From Pseudomonadota bacterium (GTDB taxonomy: Bacteria; Pseudomonadota; Gammaproteobacteria; Burkholderiales; SG8-39): a stretch of 64,000 bases of DNA. The stretch lies in NCBI GenBank assembly GCA_026399375.1, contig JAPLRD010000036.1, forward strand, positions 2,078-66,077, written 5' to 3'. The position numbers were made by a program, and so were the translations under genes. Positions 13,699 to 23,809 of this stretch are shown here, piece by piece; positions within the stretch are counted from its first letter, which is position 1; each line of letters begins with the position of its first letter. The notes under the pieces are model-generated. The model had not been told where the DNA came from and searched no databases. It saw only the letters and a list, made by a program, of their open reading frames with translations.

Positions 13699-14790
13699 TC
13701 AGGCGGGGTGGGATGCGGAGAGCGTCTGCCACAGCGGGGTATCGGGTACATCGGATCGAACCGAGGCGTTGCCAATGGCGTCCAAGAGGATGAAGCGCAG
13801 CTTGCCACCCTCGGCCTTTTTGTCCGTCCCCATCAGTTCCAGAAAGCGGGCGAGTTCGATATCGGGCGGCGCCACAGGCAGGCCTGCGCGCTGCAACAGG
13901 AGAACGATGCGATCCACATCCGCCGGCTGGATATAGCCAAGGCGGCGCGACAGGTCGGCCGCCATCACCATGCCTGCGGCCACAGCCTCGCCATGCAGCC
14001 AGGTGCCGTAACCCAGGGCGGACTCGATCGCATGGCCAAAGGTGTGGCCGAAATTGAGCAGGGCGCGCACGCCCGTCTCGCGTTCGTCTTCCGCCACCAC
14101 CTCGGCCTTGATTTCGCAGCAGCGGCGCACCGCGTGCGCCCGGGAATCCTCATCACCTGCAAGCAGCTTTTCCATGTTCTGCTCCAGCCAGCCGAGGAAA
14201 TCGGCATCGCGGACCAGGCCGTGCTTGATGACTTCCGCCAGGCCGGCCGAGAATTCGCGCGCGGGCAACGATTTCAGCACCCCGGTATCGGCCAGCACCA
14301 GGCGCGGCTGGTAGAACGCGCCTATCATGTTCTTGCCCAAGGGGTGATTGATGCCGGTCTTGCCGCCGATGGATGAGTCCACTTGCGCGAGAAGGGTGGT
14401 CGGCACCTGGATGAAGGGGATGCCGCGCATATAGGTCGCGGCGGCGAAACCGGCCAGATCGCCGACTACGCCGCCGCCCAGTGCGATCAGCGTGGTCTTG
14501 CGGTCGCAGCCCTGCTGCAGCAGCGCATCGTAGATCCGGTTCAGCGTCGCCCAGTCCTTGTAGCGCTCGCCATCTTCGAGCACCACGCTCACGACCGCCA
14601 CGCCGCGCTCGCGCAGGGAATCGGAAAACGTATCAAGATACAAAGGCGCGACCGTCGTATTGGTCACGACGGCGACCCGGGGCAAATCCAGATGCGGCAG
14701 AATCAATTCGGCGCGTGACAGCAAGCCGGCACCGATGTGGATGGCGTAGGCGCGCTCACCCAGTTCCACGTCTACGCGGAGAGTTTGCAT
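13699..14790 (-). CDS. aroB: 3-dehydroquinate synthase
   Basis: 363 aa with the motifs [32 protein letters not shown] and HGEAVAAGM. Confidence 0.95.
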   Translation of the reverse strand: MQTLRVDVELGERAYAIHIGAGLLSRAELILPHLDLPRVAVVTNTTVAPLYLDTFSDSLRERGVAVVSVVLEDGERYKDWATLNRIYDALLQQGCDRKTTLIALGGGVVGDLAGFAAATYMRGIPFIQVPTTLLAQVDSSIGGKTGINHPLGKNMIGAFYQPRLVLADTGVLKSLPAREFSAGLAEVIKHGLVRDADFLGWLEQNMEKLLAGDEDSRAHAVRRCCEIKAEVVAEDERETGVRALLNFGHTFGHAIESALGYGTWLHGEAVAAGMVMAADLSRRLGYIQPADVDRIVLLLQRAGLPVAPPDIELARFLELMGTDKKAEGGKLRFILLDAIGNASVRSDVPDTPLWQTLSASHPA

Positions 14791-15305
14791 TTTTCCTTCA
14801 CCTGGGGCAGCAATTGAACAAGCAGCGTATGCGCGCGCTGGCGCCCGGTATCGATAACGATGTCGGCTATTTCACGGTATAGAGGATCGCGCTGAAGGTA
14901 GAGCGTATTCAGCTTTTCCAGCGGGTCGCCGTTTTGCAGCAAGGGTCTCGATTTGTCGTATCGGGTGCGCTGCCACAGGTCCCTGGGCTGACCATGCAGA
15001 TAGACGACCACGCCTCGCTGCGCGAGACGTTCGCGGTTGGCGGGGTCCAGAACCGCACCACCACCCGTCGCCACCACCACATCCGATAGCTGCGTCAACT
15101 GGTCTACAACCTGCGCCTCGCGCGCCCGAAAGCCGGCTTCACCTTCAATCTCGAATATAAGCGAGACCCTGACCCCCGTCCGGCGCTCGATCTCGTGATC
15201 GGTGTCGTGGAAGGTCTTGGCGAGTTCGGCTGCGAGTTGCCGCCCGACCGTCGTCTTGCCCGCCCCCATCAGGCCGACGAGGAATATGTTGTTCGATGAA
15301 TTCAC
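14772..15305 (-). CDS. aroK: Shikimate kinase
   Basis: P-loop [12 protein letters not shown]. 177 aa. The 3' end overlaps the aroB start by 19 nt. Confidence 0.93.
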   Translation of the reverse strand: MNSSNNIFLVGLMGAGKTTVGRQLAAELAKTFHDTDHEIERRTGVRVSLIFEIEGEAGFRAREAQVVDQLTQLSDVVVATGGGAVLDPANRERLAQRGVVVYLHGQPRDLWQRTRYDKSRPLLQNGDPLEKLNTLYLQRDPLYREIADIVIDTGRQRAHTLLVQLLPQVKEKCKLSA

Positions 15306-15407
15306 ACAACTATTCTATCAGCAGCCCGAAGCGACGGCCTCGAAACGGTCCGTATCTGGCCGGTTTGGGAATGCGCGACCCGGGCGCATTGTCGGGCGCG
15401 GGTGATT

Positions 15408-15440
15408 CAGAAAGAAAGAGCCGGTCGCCCGGCTCTTTTC
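15408..15440 (-). terminator. Rho-independent terminator after pilQ
   Basis: On the minus strand, agagccgg-gcga-ccggctct is followed by ttctttct. The stem occupies 15417-15436. Confidence 0.6.
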
Positions 15441-15458
15441 AGGCAGCGAAGAAATTGA

Positions 15459-17585
15459 TTACCGGACGATGATGCGGTCGTCCACGATGCGCGGCGTGAT
15501 GAATACCAGGAGTTCCGTCTTGTTGTCCTGTTTCGAGTTGTTCTTGAACAGATTGCCCAGCAAAGGCAGGTCGCCGAACCAGGGCACCTTGTTGGTCGTG
15601 TTGCTCTCATCTTGAGAGTAGATGCCGCCGATGACCACCGTGCCGCCGTTTTCGACCAGAATTTCCGTCTTCACGTGGTTGGTGTTGATGCCGAAACCCG
15701 CAGTAGTTTGCCGTCCGACCGAGTCCTTGTTGATGTCCAGGGTCATGATGATGTTGCCGTCAGGCGTGATCTGCGGTTTGACTTTGAGGCTGAGGTTGGC
15801 CTTGCGGAACGACACGCTCGTGGCCCCGCTCGAAGTCTGCGACAGATACGGCAGCTCTTCGCCCTTCTCGATGATGGCCTCGACCTTGTCGCCGGTCAGC
15901 ACTCTCGGGCTGGAGATGATCTTGCCCTTGCCGTCGGCTTCGAGCGCGCTCAGCTCCAGCGCGATGAAGTGGTTAAAGTTCTTGTTGAACAGAATGGTCG
16001 AAAGCACGCCCCCTGCGCCGCCGCCAGCAGGCAGGTTCACGTTGAGGCCGCCAGACGTAAGGTCGGCCACCGCCGTGGAGGACTGGGTACCGCCCGCGAT
16101 AACTGTATTCGACCCGGTAGTGGCCAGTTGCCCGCCGACGGTGTAGCGCGCGCTCGGGCCGATCAAGTGATCGCCGCCCGGATTGGAGTTGCCATAACCG
16201 AGTTTCGCGCCCAGGTTCTTGCTGAACGTATCGGTCGCCTCGACGATGCGGGCCTCTATCATCACCTGGCGTACCGCTACATCGATCTGGGCGATCAGTT
16301 TGCGCACTTCGTCCAGACGCGTGGGCACGTCCTGCACGAACACCGTGTTGGTGCGCGCATCGACCACCGCACTGCCGCGTTTTGACAGCACTTTCTGGTT
16401 CGGGGAATTCAACAGGGCCTGCACGTCTGCGGCCTTCTGGAAATTGAGCAGGAAACTTTCGGTTCGCACCGCCTCCAGCTCGCCGATCTGCTGCTGCGAT
16501 TCCAGCATCAGTTTTTCCTTGGTGGCCAGTTCGTCCCGGGGCGCGATCCACACCACGTTGCCGTTCTTGCGCATATCGAGTCCGCGCGTGTCGAGGATGA
16601 TCTGCAGCGCCTGGTCCCAGGGCACGTCCTTCAGGCGCAAGGTCAGGCTGCCGCCGACCGCGTCGCTGGTGATGATATTGAGGTCGGTGAAATCGGCGAT
16701 CACGTTGAGTACGCTGCGAACCTCGACGTTCTGGAAGTTAAGCGACAGTTTCTCGCCGCTGAAACCGCCCTTGCTCCCCTGGGTCAGTTTGTTCGGATCG
16801 ACCACGATGTTCTTCACCTCGATCACGAACTGGGTATCGGTCTGGTATGCGCTGTGCTCCCACAGGCCCTTGGGCGAGATCACCATGCGCACGTTTTCGC
16901 CCTGGGAAAAGGTGTTGATCGACTGCACCGGCGTGCCGAAATCCACGACGTCCAGTCGCCGGCGCAGCTTGTCCGGCAGCGAGGTCTTGACGAAATCGAT
17001 CACCAGATTCTGCCCCTGCGCCCGGATATCTATCCCGGTCGAGCTGTCGGAGAGATCGACCACGATACGGGCTTCTCCGGCCTTGCCACGGCGAAAATCG
17101 ATGTCGCGTACCCGGTGTGTATCCTGTTCCTTGGCTTCCACGAAATGGGTCACCGTGGTGGCGCTGCTGGCGCCGGCGGCCACAGGCGCGGCGGCGAGAA
17201 TGATCACAAGGTTCTTGCCGTCGATCTGCGTGTCGTAAGCAACCGAGCGGCGCAGGTTCAGCACCATGCGGGTGCGCTCGCCCGCCTGCACCAGATTCAT
17301 GCTCAGCAGTTCGCCCTCGCCGATGTTCTGGCTGTTGCGACCGAGACCGTTTACCGTATTGGGCAAATCGAAAGCGATGCGCGCCGGGTTGGCGACGGTG
17401 AAGCTTCCTGGTTGCGACTTGAGCGCCTCCTTCAGCGTCAGCTTGACGATGACTTTGCCGCTTTGCTGGGAGACGTTGAATGCCTCGACGCTGTTGGCCG
17501 GCGTCTGCGCCATGACCAATGCAGTCCAAAGAGTAGCGATCAAGACGCCGATTGCACCGAGAATTTTAGCCATAGAGTTCCTCAC
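15459..17585 (-). CDS. pilQ: Type IV pilus secretin
   Basis: 708 aa with AMIN-like N-terminal repeats and a secretin C-terminal domain (..VPWFGDLPLLGNLFK..ELLVFITPRIV). The start overlaps the pilP stop. Confidence 0.95.
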   Translation of the reverse strand: MRNSMAKILGAIGVLIATLWTALVMAQTPANSVEAFNVSQQSGKVIVKLTLKEALKSQPGSFTVANPARIAFDLPNTVNGLGRNSQNIGEGELLSMNLVQAGERTRMVLNLRRSVAYDTQIDGKNLVIILAAAPVAAGASSATTVTHFVEAKEQDTHRVRDIDFRRGKAGEARIVVDLSDSSTGIDIRAQGQNLVIDFVKTSLPDKLRRRLDVVDFGTPVQSINTFSQGENVRMVISPKGLWEHSAYQTDTQFVIEVKNIVVDPNKLTQGSKGGFSGEKLSLNFQNVEVRSVLNVIADFTDLNIITSDAVGGSLTLRLKDVPWDQALQIILDTRGLDMRKNGNVVWIAPRDELATKEKLMLESQQQIGELEAVRTESFLLNFQKAADVQALLNSPNQKVLSKRGSAVVDARTNTVFVQDVPTRLDEVRKLIAQIDVAVRQVMIEARIVEATDTFSKNLGAKLGYGNSNPGGDHLIGPSARYTVGGQLATTGSNTVIAGGTQSSTAVADLTSGGLNVNLPAGGGAGGVLSTILFNKNFNHFIALELSALEADGKGKIISSPRVLTGDKVEAIIEKGEELPYLSQTSSGATSVSFRKANLSLKVKPQITPDGNIIMTLDINKDSVGRQTTAGFGINTNHVKTEILVENGGTVVIGGIYSQDESNTTNKVPWFGDLPLLGNLFKNNSKQDNKTELLVFITPRIVDDRIIVR

Positions 17586-18118
17586 CTTCCTTTTCCAGCG
17601 TCTGCCTCGAGTATCTGCAACGCGACCTTGCGCTCAGTCCAATCGCCAGATGCATCCTGCACCAACTCTTTCAGGTTGATTTGACTGTCGGTGATTCCGG
17701 TAATCACACCGAAATTCTGCCCAAGATAATTGCCGGTCTTGACCCGGTACACGCTTGCGTCCGCGCGCACCAGCGCATAGGTGGCGCCTTTTTGCGCCAG
17801 CGTACCGACCATTTTCAGCGATTCCAGCGGATAAGCCTCCAGCGGCTCTTTCGGACGCGTGGTGTCGGGCGCGTTGGCGCCGGCTTTGCTCTTTGCGGCT
17901 GCCGCGACGGCAAGCTCGATCTTGGCCACGCCGAAGGGGTCCGGCTGGTCAAACGCCTTGTAAGGCACAGGCTCGTAGGGTTTCACCACGGGCAGCGCCT
18001 CGATGCGGCCGCGCATGTCGTTGGTGAGATCCTTGAGTTCTTTCTTCAGGTCCTGGTGCTCGTCGCCGCCGCATGCGGCGAGAAACAGCACGGCTGTGAT
18101 GATGGCCAGATTTCTCAT
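17582..18118 (-). CDS. pilP: Type IV pilus assembly lipoprotein
   Basis: Lipobox FLAAC. 178 aa. Position between pilO and pilQ. ATGA overlap with the pilO stop. Confidence 0.85.
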   Translation of the reverse strand: MRNLAIITAVLFLAACGGDEHQDLKKELKDLTNDMRGRIEALPVVKPYEPVPYKAFDQPDPFGVAKIELAVAAAAKSKAGANAPDTTRPKEPLEAYPLESLKMVGTLAQKGATYALVRADASVYRVKTGNYLGQNFGVITGITDSQINLKELVQDASGDWTERKVALQILEADAGKGR

Positions 18119-18771
18119 TTCTTCGCCGCCGCAGCTTTAGGATTCTTGGCGGCGGCCGCGGCCTTCCTCTGTTTCGCGACCTCCTCCTCGTCCAGATAAC
18201 GGAACGTTTTCGCCGTCGTTTCCATCGCCAGACTGCCGTCCTTGCCTGCCGGAGCGATGATAATGTCGTTGAGCGTGACAATGCGCGACAGCTGTGCGAT
18301 ATCGCTCGCGAACTGGCCCATGTCGTGATAGCCGCCAGTCACCCGGACGCTGACGGGCAACTCGGCGTAAAAGTCCTTCATCGTTTCCTTCGGCGCCGGC
18401 TTGAACAGTTCGAACTGCAGTCCCCGACCCAGTCCCGCCTGGTTTATGTCCACCAGCAGCGCGTCCATCTGCGACCTGTTGGGCAATTGCTTCAGCAGCG
18501 CGCCGAAGGAACTGTCGATTTCCCGCAACTGCTGCCGGTGCAAGTCGAGGTTGACCGCCTGCTGCTTCTTGCCTTTGTATTCGTCCTTCAGCTTGGCCTC
18601 TTCGGCCGCACCTGCAACCAGTTCGTCCATCTGGCCCTGCCAGTCGGCCATGTACCCGACCGCAACCAGGGCCGCCAGCGTCGCGATCAGCGCGAGCAGC
18701 TTGGGCAACGCCGGCCATGTGCCCGGGTCCTTGGGGTTGAGATATTTGAATTGTTCGAGCAGCTGGTTCAT
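18115..18771 (-). CDS. pilO: Type IV pilus assembly protein PilO
   Basis: 218 aa with one N-terminal TM and a PilO-like core. The gene order supports the call. It has an Ala/Lys-rich C-terminal tail. Confidence 0.88.
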   Translation of the reverse strand: MNQLLEQFKYLNPKDPGTWPALPKLLALIATLAALVAVGYMADWQGQMDELVAGAAEEAKLKDEYKGKKQQAVNLDLHRQQLREIDSSFGALLKQLPNRSQMDALLVDINQAGLGRGLQFELFKPAPKETMKDFYAELPVSVRVTGGYHDMGQFASDIAQLSRIVTLNDIIIAPAGKDGSLAMETTAKTFRYLDEEEVAKQRKAAAAAKNPKAAAAKK

Positions 18772-18781
18772 CGGGCCGTTC

Positions 18782-19480
18782 CTACTTTTTCACGCCGGCA
18801 TCGTTGGCGCGCTGCGCAGATTCGGCGCTCGCCTTGGCCACATCCGCCGCCAACGCACCGCCCACCTTGGGCGCGCCCGCCGCGGCGGCCTTGCCCGCCC
18901 CGGCCTTGCCCGCGGCCTTGGCGGCGTCAGCCTCGGACTGCTGCCGCTTGATGCTGACGTTCATGTTGAACTCGGACAGGCGCTTGTTGTTGACATTGGC
19001 CACCTTGATTTCGACCAGGTCCGGGCTATCGAGGTAGGGCGAGGCTTCCAAATTGCGCATCAGCGTCGAGACTCGCGCGTTCGACTGCGCATAGCCGCTC
19101 AGGTTGACCTTGTTTCCGGTCTGTTTGATCGACCTGAGATAGACGCCATCCGGGGTCTGGCGCACAAGTTGTTCCAGGAGATATACCGTCTGGGCACGAT
19201 CCGCCTGCAACGTTTCAATCACCTGCTTGCGCGACAGGAGCGCCTGGATTTCCTCCTTCAGTTTCTTGATTTCCTCGATTTCCTTGTCCAGCTTTGCGTT
19301 TTCTTCCTTCAGAAAGCGGTTGCGTTCCGTCTGCGTCGAGATGCGCGTTGCGTAATAGCCGTGCACCAGCAGAACGATGGAGGCCGCCAATCCGGCCACC
19401 ATCCCGATCAGGATGTAGAACTGCAGATTGTGGGCCTTGCGGCGCGCCTCGCGCCAGGGCAGCAGGTTGATGCGGATCAT
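18782..19480 (-). CDS. pilN: Type IV pilus assembly protein PilN
   Basis: The conserved start MIRINLLPWRE lies at an internal ATG (19480) that overlaps the pilM stop (ATGA). The track ORF extends to 19510. It has a long Ala/Lys-rich C-terminal tail. Confidence 0.88.
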   Translation of the reverse strand: MIRINLLPWREARRKAHNLQFYILIGMVAGLAASIVLLVHGYYATRISTQTERNRFLKEENAKLDKEIEEIKKLKEEIQALLSRKQVIETLQADRAQTVYLLEQLVRQTPDGVYLRSIKQTGNKVNLSGYAQSNARVSTLMRNLEASPYLDSPDLVEIKVANVNNKRLSEFNMNVSIKRQQSEADAAKAAGKAGAGKAAAAGAPKVGGALAADVAKASAESAQRANDAGVKK

Positions 19481-20550
19481 GGATCGAACCTCCGCATGGC
19501 AAGGCCGCACGCAACCATCATCGAGGGCGCGTCGACGAGCAGTTTCTTCGGCTGGATGCGCGGCGAAACCTGCATGCTCGCGAACGGGTTGGCCACGCGC
19601 GTATTGACCTGGGAACGGGAACCGACGATATCTTCCAGGCCGGGAATGACGGCAGAACCACCCGTGAGCAGAATATGTTCGATGCTGCTGTACTGGGTAG
19701 AGGTGAAGAAGAACTGCATGGCACGCTGCACTTCCAGAGCCAGATTTTCCAGGAAGGGACGCAGAATTTCCGCTTCATAGGAATCGGGCAAACCACCGCT
19801 GCGCTTGGCGTTCTCGGCCTCTTCCTGGCTCATCCCGTACTGGCGCATGATGTCCTGCGTCAGCTGGCTGCCGCCGAACGCCTGTTCCCGGGTGTACACA
19901 GTCTGGTCGTTGCGCAGCACGGTGACGTTCATGACGTTGGCGCCGATATCGACCAGCGCGATGTTCTGTTCCTTGCCATCGTCGGGGAACTGTTTTTTGA
20001 TCTGATCGAACGCGGTCTGGATCGCATAGGACTCGACGTCCATGACCAGAGATTTCAGGCCCGCAGCTTCAGCCACGGCCACGCGATCCTCGACCTTCTC
20101 CTTGCGCGACGCCGCGATCAGCACTTCCACTTCTTCCGCGCTCGAGGGCGCAGGCCCGACCAGCTGATAATCGAGGTTGACCTCGTCCAGGGCGAAGGGA
20201 ATGTACTGATTGGCCTCGGTTTCGACCTGGATACCCAGTTCCTCGTCGCGAAGACCGGCCGGCACGACGATCTTCTTCGTGATCACCGCAGCCGTGGGCA
20301 GAGCCATGGCCACATTCTTGGTGCGTGTGGCCAGTTTCTTCCAGCCGCGCTTCACGGTTTCCACCACCGCGTCGAGATTGGTGATATTGCCGTCCACCAC
20401 CGCGTCTTTGGGCAGTGGCTCGATGGTGTAACGCTCCACGCGATACGCACCCTTGCCAGCGTCGACAATTTCAACCATCTTCACCGCGGACGAACTGATG
20501 TCCATGCCGAAAAGCGGCGGTGCTTTAGGCTTGAAGATATCAAGGTCCAA
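19477..20550 (-). CDS. pilM: Type IV pilus assembly ATPase-like protein PilM
   Basis: 357 aa with an actin-like fold. Typical N-terminus (..LFGMDISSSAVKMVE..). It is the first gene of pilMNOPQ. Confidence 0.95.
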   Translation of the reverse strand: MDLDIFKPKAPPLFGMDISSSAVKMVEIVDAGKGAYRVERYTIEPLPKDAVVDGNITNLDAVVETVKRGWKKLATRTKNVAMALPTAAVITKKIVVPAGLRDEELGIQVETEANQYIPFALDEVNLDYQLVGPAPSSAEEVEVLIAASRKEKVEDRVAVAEAAGLKSLVMDVESYAIQTAFDQIKKQFPDDGKEQNIALVDIGANVMNVTVLRNDQTVYTREQAFGGSQLTQDIMRQYGMSQEEAENAKRSGGLPDSYEAEILRPFLENLALEVQRAMQFFFTSTQYSSIEHILLTGGSAVIPGLEDIVGSRSQVNTRVANPFASMQVSPRIQPKKLLVDAPSMMVACGLAMRRFDP

Positions 20551-20704
20551 AACAAATTTCCCTTTGAACTATGCCCGGTTAGGAGCGATACAGATAATTT
20601 ACGTTAAATGCTAGCAACAAGTCTAGACGATGTAAAGCAAATAATGCATGGGGGGTTGGGAGGGCCCCGCCGGACACCGCCGCGCTGAGCGGACATGGAT
20701 ACCC

Positions 20705-20710
20705 TATAAT
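20705..20710 (+). promoter_or_regulatory. Candidate -10 box (TATAAT) for mrcA
   Basis: A perfect TATAAT lies in the pilM/mrcA divergent intergenic region, about 140 nt upstream of the mrcA start. No convincing -35 was seen. Confidence 0.25.
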
Positions 20711-20848
20711 GCTGTCGCTGCAGGAAGCTGCGCAAGCGCCGAAAGGGCCGCGCTACCTGGACCAAGGGCCGGATTGCCCTCTTTTCAACCCCCGAACGTG
20801 AACCCGCTGCTGGAGCGGAAAACACCACTCTTGGCCTCAAAATCATTC

Positions 20849-23164
20849 ATGTGGTTACGCCTGATTGCCTTCCCGCTGCTCCTCCTGGCCGGCCTGGGCG
20901 CCATCGCCGCCGCCCTTCTGGGCCTGATGGTCCTGCTGGCCTATCCCAACCTGCCCTCGCTCGAGGTACTGACCGAATACCGGCCCAAGATACCCTTGCG
21001 CGTCTACAGTTCCGAGGGCGTACTCATCGGGGAATTCGGCGAGGAGCGGCGCGCCATCGTCGCGATAGGCGAAGTCCCGGAAGTAATGAAGCGCGCCATC
21101 CTGGCCGCGGAAGACGAGCGGTTTTACCAGCATACCGGGGTGGACTACCAGGGCGTGATCCGGGCGGCCTATTCCAATATGAGCAGCGGTGGAAAACGCC
21201 AGGGCGCCTCCACCATCACCATGCAGGTGGCGAGGAATTTCTTCCTCAGCAGCGAGAAGACGCTTACGCGCAAACTGTACGAGGCCCTGCTTGCCTTCAA
21301 AATCGAGGCGAGCCTGTCCAAGGACGAGATTCTGCAGATCTACATCAATCAGATCTACCTTGGCCAGCGCGCCTACGGTTTCGCCGCGGCGGCGCAGATC
21401 TATTACGGCAAGGCGCTAAAGGATATCAGCCTGCCCGAAGCGGCGATGCTGGCCGGCCTGCCCAAAGCGCCCTCTAGCTTCAATCCTGTGGTCAATCCGA
21501 AGCGGGCCAAGCAACGCCAACTCTATGTGCTGCGCCGGATGCACGAGCTGGGCCATATCACCGACATCCAGTTTGCGGATGCGCAGAAAGCGCAGTTGGT
21601 CGTCAAACACCAAACCAACGAATACGCGCTGCGTGCCGAATACGTCGCGGAGATGGTGCGGCAGATGCTGTTCGAACGCTTCGGCGACGAGGTCTATTCC
21701 AAGGGTTATCGCATATACACCACCATCACCAGAGCAGACCAGGAGGCGGCTTACGCCGCGGTGCGCCGCGGCGTGCTGGATTACGACAAGCGCCACGGCT
21801 ATCGCGGGCCCGAGGGCTATGTCGAATTGCCCCCCGACGGCCAGGCAGACGACGACATGGAGGAGGCGCTGGCGGAAGAGTCAGACAGCGACGATCTGCT
21901 GGCAGCGGTGGTTGTGGAGGCCAGCCCCAAGCAGGTGCGCGCCTACCGCCGCGGCGGCGAAATCGTGACCATAGCCGGCGAGGGCCTCAAGTTTGCGCAG
22001 AAAATGCTGGACGAAAAAGCCGCACCGAACAAGAAAATCCGGCGCGGCGCCGTGATCCGCATCCAGAAGGACGAAAAGCACAACTGGCAGATCGTGCAGG
22101 TTCCGGAAGCGGAGGCCGGGCTCGTCGCCGTCAGCCCAGAGGACGGCAGCGTGCGCGCGCTGGTCGGCGGCTTTGATTTCAACCGCAGCAAGTTCAACCA
22201 CGTCACCCAGGCGTGGCGCCAGCCCGGTTCCAGCTTCAAGCCGTTCATCTACTCGGCTGCGCTGGAGAAAGGCTTCACCCCAGCCACCATCATTAACGAT
22301 GCGCCGGTGGTGGTCGACGCTGCCCAGACCGGCGGGCAGACGTGGGAGCCGCACAATTACGACGGCAAGTACGAAGGGCCGATGCGCATGCGCATGGGCC
22401 TAGCAAAATCGAAGAACATGGTCTCGATCCGCGTGCTCCAGGCGATCGGACCGCAGTACGCACAGGATTACATCACGCGCTTCGGTTTCGACACGGACAA
22501 GCATCCGCCTTACCTCACCATGGCGCTGGGCGCGGGTTCGGTTACGCTGTGGCAGATGGCGCGCGCGTATTCCGTGTTCGCCAGCGGCGGCTATCGCATA
22601 GAACCTTACGTGGTACAGCGCATCGTGGACGATCGCGGCAATATTCTCGCGCAGGCGCAGCCTCCGCGCGCGGGCGACGAAAGCCTGCGCGTAATCGACG
22701 CGCGCAACGCTTTCGTCATGGACAGCATGCTGCACGATGTGGTGCGCTATGGAACGGCCGCGCGCGCCATGTCGCTGGGGCGCAAGGACCTCGCGGGCAA
22801 GACCGGCACCACCAATGATCTCGTCGACGCGTGGTTCGCCGGTTACCAGCCGACCCTGACCGCGATCGCCTGGGTCGGCTTCGATCAGCCGCGCAAGCTG
22901 GGCAATACCGAAACCGGCGGCGTGGCGGCGCTGCCGATCTGGATGAGTTACATGAGCAAGGCGCTCAAAAGCGTGGACGAGACCTTCCAGTCGGTTCCGG
23001 AAGGGGTGGTCAGCGCCGGAATCAATCCCGATACGGGTCAGGCGAGCAGCGACAGCAAAGCGACCGATTACTTCTACCGCGAGAACGTGCCCGCGCCGCA
23101 AAAGGGCGATGCGGCCGCAACCGGCAGCCGCAGTTCGGAGGAAGTCAAGAGCCAGTTGTTCTAG
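20849..23164 (+). CDS. mrcA: Penicillin-binding protein 1A (bifunctional transglycosylase/transpeptidase)
   Basis: Start chosen at MWLRLIAFPLLLLAG (TM anchor). GT51 motifs EDERFYQH and GASTITMQVARN; transpeptidase motifs SSFKP, KSKN and KTGTTN. Confidence 0.93.
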   Translation: MWLRLIAFPLLLLAGLGAIAAALLGLMVLLAYPNLPSLEVLTEYRPKIPLRVYSSEGVLIGEFGEERRAIVAIGEVPEVMKRAILAAEDERFYQHTGVDYQGVIRAAYSNMSSGGKRQGASTITMQVARNFFLSSEKTLTRKLYEALLAFKIEASLSKDEILQIYINQIYLGQRAYGFAAAAQIYYGKALKDISLPEAAMLAGLPKAPSSFNPVVNPKRAKQRQLYVLRRMHELGHITDIQFADAQKAQLVVKHQTNEYALRAEYVAEMVRQMLFERFGDEVYSKGYRIYTTITRADQEAAYAAVRRGVLDYDKRHGYRGPEGYVELPPDGQADDDMEEALAEESDSDDLLAAVVVEASPKQVRAYRRGGEIVTIAGEGLKFAQKMLDEKAAPNKKIRRGAVIRIQKDEKHNWQIVQVPEAEAGLVAVSPEDGSVRALVGGFDFNRSKFNHVTQAWRQPGSSFKPFIYSAALEKGFTPATIINDAPVVVDAAQTGGQTWEPHNYDGKYEGPMRMRMGLAKSKNMVSIRVLQAIGPQYAQDYITRFGFDTDKHPPYLTMALGAGSVTLWQMARAYSVFASGGYRIEPYVVQRIVDDRGNILAQAQPPRAGDESLRVIDARNAFVMDSMLHDVVRYGTAARAMSLGRKDLAGKTGTTNDLVDAWFAGYQPTLTAIAWVGFDQPRKLGNTETGGVAALPIWMSYMSKALKSVDETFQSVPEGVVSAGINPDTGQASSDSKATDYFYRENVPAPQKGDAAATGSRSSEEVKSQLF

Positions 23165-23490
23165 GGCAGGCTTTGCTGCAGGTTCACGGATTCGCCGGAC
23201 TGCTGGCTTACATACAACGACAGAGCGGCAAACAGTTCGGTGTCATCCCGGGTATTCAGCCAGCGCCCGCCGTCACCGCGGAAATGATATCCGCCCGATT
23301 TCGCCGCCACCCAGATTTCCCGCGCCGCCGCCTGACTGTTCACGATAATCTTGCTTCCGTCGGCGAACTCGATCTCGAGCACGCCCGTGCCCTTGAACTC
23401 GCAATCGGCGTCGACGCCGCTCGCCTCGATGCGCCGGTCCAGTTCCTGCAGAGTGATCTCGGCCGTCCGGATGAATTCGCTCTCGTCCAT
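23161..23490 (-). CDS. cyaY: Frataxin-like iron donor CyaY
   Basis: MDESEFIRTAEITLQELDRRIE...GVLEIEF.DGSKIIVN.Q....IWVAAKSGGYHF aligns with E. coli CyaY. Start taken at the internal ATG; the track ORF extends to 23514. Confidence 0.88.
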   Translation of the reverse strand: MDESEFIRTAEITLQELDRRIEASGVDADCEFKGTGVLEIEFADGSKIIVNSQAAAREIWVAAKSGGYHFRGDGGRWLNTRDDTELFAALSLYVSQQSGESVNLQQSLP

Positions 23491-23528
23491 GTCTCTTGTG
23501 GCAGTCTGGCCCATGCTAATATTGGATT

Positions 23529-23657
23529 ATGCGTGAAATCGTCGCCATACTGCTGCTTTGCGTGATACTCCAGGCTTGCGGTTCCAAGGGCGCTCTCGTC
23601 ATGCCGCCCAAAGCGGATGGCGAGCCGCAGCAGTCCAATACTAGCAAACAAAAGTAA
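23529..23657 (+). CDS. lptM: Small lipoprotein of the LptM/YifL type (42 aa, below the ORF-track cutoff)
   Basis: My own translation is MREIVAILLLCVILQACGSKGALVMPPKADGEPQQSNTSKQK. It has the lipobox LQAC followed by GSKGxLxxPP, typical of the family. It is divergent from cyaY, as in E. coli. Confidence 0.6.
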   Translation: MREIVAILLLCVILQACGSKGALVMPPKADGEPQQSNTSKQK

Positions 23658-23809
23658 ACGCCACGTTCGCGTTTCGCATGGCTCGTCGCATGCCGGGTCG
23701 GTTCCGCCCGGGGCTGTAGCGAGCGTGGACGGCGCGCCTGCTACGCCTGCTCCCGCACGACGCAGGTGATCGCAGACGGGGTCGGGATGCTCCTGATCCA
23801 GTAGCGCAA

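Noticed and set aside
18782-18950. GC-rich low-complexity DNA (gcc/gcg/aag runs) in the pilN, pilO and livK 3' ends as possible tandem repeats or VNTRs
   Set aside because: I could trace no regular repeat unit. The pattern is explained by Ala/Lys/Pro codon bias of the encoded tails.
20648-20848. N-terminal extensions of several track ORFs, such as mrcA from 20648, ferredoxin reductase from 47491, SDR to 47847, EamA to 59511, anti-sigma to 30843 and livF/livG/livK extensions
   Set aside because: The extensions lack homology-like sequence and run through intergenic or neighbouring-gene DNA. Internal starts give canonical N-termini, Shine-Dalgarno sites or ATGA coupling with the upstream gene.
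23161-23164. mrcA and cyaY share a palindromic CTAG that provides both stop codons
   Set aside because: It is real in the sequence but is a trivial consequence of convergent genes abutting. There is no reason to infer function.
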